DNA of 64,000 nucleotides from an uncultured Enterobacteriaceae bacterium (GTDB lineage Bacteria; Myxococcota_A; UBA9042): NCBI GenBank assembly GCA_964560875.1, contig CAZLMW010000005.1, positions 3,882 to 67,881 of the forward strand, read 5' to 3'. Shown piece by piece: positions 62,485 to 64,000 of this stretch (position 1 is its first letter; each line of letters starts with the position of its first letter). The notes under the pieces were generated by a model. It saw only the letters and a program-made list of their open reading frames with translations, ran no database searches and was not told where the DNA came from. The position numbers and the translations under genes were made by a program.

Positions 62485-64000
62485 TTCTCGGCCCACTGCC
62501 ACGTGTTTTCGGCGATGGCGCCTGTACCGAGGCGAACCCCGACACCGAGCAACGCCCGCCGTTGAACGTCGGTCTGCACGTCATCGGCGATAACCGTGCA
62601 GCCCAGCGCCTTGAGGAGCCGAACGATCCGCAGGACCTGCCGGGCGCGCGACGTCTGGTCAATGTCGGCGATCAGGTCGGCCGACAGCCGCACAAAATCG
62701 GGATGCAGCGCGACGACACCATCCAGCGCTCCCCGGCTGCCACCAATGTCGAGGATCTCGAGGCGTGCTCCGGCCTTGCGCAGCTGTTCGATGCGGCTCT
62801 CCAGCATCCCGTGCTCAACAGGAATGAGGCCGGCGGTCAGACCCACGCGGATTTCGCCATCGCGGCAAAAGCGCATCAGCGGCGCGACGATCTCTTCGAT
62901 GTGTTCCGAAAGCACCGTCTCGGGGAAGAGCGAAAGGTGGCAGGGGCGCCGATCGCCGGTCTCGGCTTCGTCGAGGCGGATGCGAAAGTAGTCGAGGTCG
63001 ATGCCGACGAGGTTGCCTTCGTTCAGGGCGTTGGCGAACAGCTCATCGACGGTGATGTTGGCCGATTCCGTGGTGCGCAGCGTGTACTCGCGGGCGACCA
63101 CGCGGCCGTTTTCGAGCTCTACGATCGGCGCTGCATGAACGCGCAATGGTCGACGAACAAAAGCGCGCTGCACCTGGCTCGCCGTCAACTCCCGCATGTT
63201 CGACCGGCTCGGCCGCCGCGCAGTGGAACTCAAGCTGACGCGGTTGCGGCCCCCCGATTTGCTGTGGCGCAGGGCGAACCGGCACTGCTTGAGCAGCGCG
63301 GTCGTGTTGAGCCCTTCGGGGGGAATGGGCGCGATCCCGATGCTGACGCTCGCCTTGATTTGGATGCCGTTGTGGCGGACCGGTTCGTTGTTGACCAGCA
63401 GGCGGATGCGTTCGGCGACGTTGCGGGCTTCGGCGAGCGTGACGTCGGGCAGGACGAGGGCAAATTCGTCGCCGCCGACACGAGCCGCATGGTCGGTCAC
63501 ACGGCAAGCCAACAGCAGCTGGCGAGCGACCTGGCGAATCACCTTGTCGCCGACGGCGTGACCGTGTTGATCGTTCACAAGCTTGAAGTCGTCGAGGTCG
63601 ATCAGCAGCCCGATGACGGCGGTTCCTTCCCGTTTGGCGCGCCGGCCTTCGAGCGACATCGCCGTGTCGAGCCCGCGCCGATTGAGCAGCCCCGTGAGCT
63701 CATCGTGTTCCGACAGGCTCAGCAGTCGCTCGGTGGCTTTGCGCAACCGGTCTTCGAGGCGCTGCCGTTCGAGCGCATAACGAATGGACCGGCCCAGGTT
63801 CTTGCCGATCTCATCCTTGTTGACGTAGTCCTGCGCGCCGTTCTGGATGGCGATGACGCCGCTGTTTTCGTCGACGCGATCGGTGATGACGACCACGGCC
63901 GGTGGAGCGATGCGCTGCCGGGCTTCGTCGAGCAGCGTCAAGCCGTCGCCGTCGGGCAAGGTCCGGTCCACAACAATGCAATCGAAGCTGCTCTCGCGGA
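62481..64000 (-). CDS. Receiver-GGDEF-EAL signalling protein (5' partial; continues beyond the window end)
   Basis: The open frame continues past 64000 (..FDCIVVDRTLPDGDG is the phospho-acceptor region). GGDEF motif RVGGDEFALVL. EAL-type domain with a variant EYTLR motif. Confidence 0.75.
   Translation of the reverse strand, partial: RESSFDCIVVDRTLPDGDGLTLLDEARQRIAPPAVVVITDRVDENSGVIAIQNGAQDYVNKDEIGKNLGRSIRYALERQRLEDRLRKATERLLSLSEHDELTGLLNRRGLDTAMSLEGRRAKREGTAVIGLLIDLDDFKLVNDQHGHAVGDKVIRQVARQLLLACRVTDHAARVGGDEFALVLPDVTLAEARNVAERIRLLVNNEPVRHNGIQIKASVSIGIAPIPPEGLNTTALLKQCRFALRHSKSGGRNRVSLSSTARRPSRSNMRELTASQVQRAFVRRPLRVHAAPIVELENGRVVAREYTLRTTESANITVDELFANALNEGNLVGIDLDYFRIRLDEAETGDRRPCHLSLFPETVLSEHIEEIVAPLMRFCRDGEIRVGLTAGLIPVEHGMLESRIEQLRKAGARLEILDIGGSRGALDGVVALHPDFVRLSADLIADIDQTSRARQVLRIVRLLKALGCTVIADDVQTDVQRRALLGVGVRLGTGAIAENTWQWAEK

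Noticed and set aside
1-64000. Mobile element, prophage or integron signatures
   Set aside because: No transposase, integrase, recombinase, phage structural gene or attC-like site was recognised. The repeats found are short and non-coding.

Overview
This is a 64 kb, roughly 68-70% GC chromosomal segment that looks Myxococcota-like. The supporting signs are a Myxococcus cysteine-rich CGDG...CDDGN...GDGC repeat, many lipobox lipoproteins, a Ser/Thr kinase next to an FHA-sigma54 activator, and abundant secreted repeat proteins. Coding density is high on both strands, and I see no rRNA, tRNA, CRISPR array, transposase or integrase.

Main features, 5' to 3':
- **Efflux operon (1-5963):** a CzcC-CzcB-CzcA-type heavy-metal RND efflux operon, partial at the 5' end, with a His-rich adaptor protein.
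- **6.1-18.1 kb:** a CotH-kinase-family lipoprotein, a lone ATP synthase c subunit, a YghU-type GST, and a secreted P-domain + fibrinogen-like (FReD) protein followed by two overlapping lipoprotein genes and a long-chain acyl-CoA ligase.
- **18.1-20.9 kb:** an MMPL/RND transporter with tandem-repeat promoter elements.
- **21-31 kb cluster:** three paralogous small Lys/Cys-rich lipoproteins built from tandem twin-CX3C hairpin repeats. The first carries an apparent frameshift. They are interleaved with a DUF1592-like/DUF1552-like pair, an ECF sigma/anti-sigma pair, a LOG-family protein and a PIN toxin.
- **32.5-48.2 kb:** an APC/SLC12-like permease, an IPT + CGPDGCGG-repeat protein, several lipoproteins and an outer-membrane barrel, then the FHA-sigma54 activator / Ser-Thr kinase pair, a class III nucleotidyl cyclase and an alpha/beta hydrolase.
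- **Giant lipoprotein (49282-57639):** 2785 aa of alternating cysteine-rich repeats and four NHL propellers.
- **58.2-64 kb:** a response regulator, a second P-domain + FReD paralog, an ankyrin lipoprotein and a partial receiver-GGDEF-EAL gene at the 3' end.

The hunt also found several short intergenic repeat families (a ~130-nt structured element in two copies, a 39-bp duplication, a two-module ~65-bp element, a 14-bp AT-rich motif) and several in-frame short tandem repeats. All calls are made by eye from the six-frame track and remembered family signatures; no searches were run.
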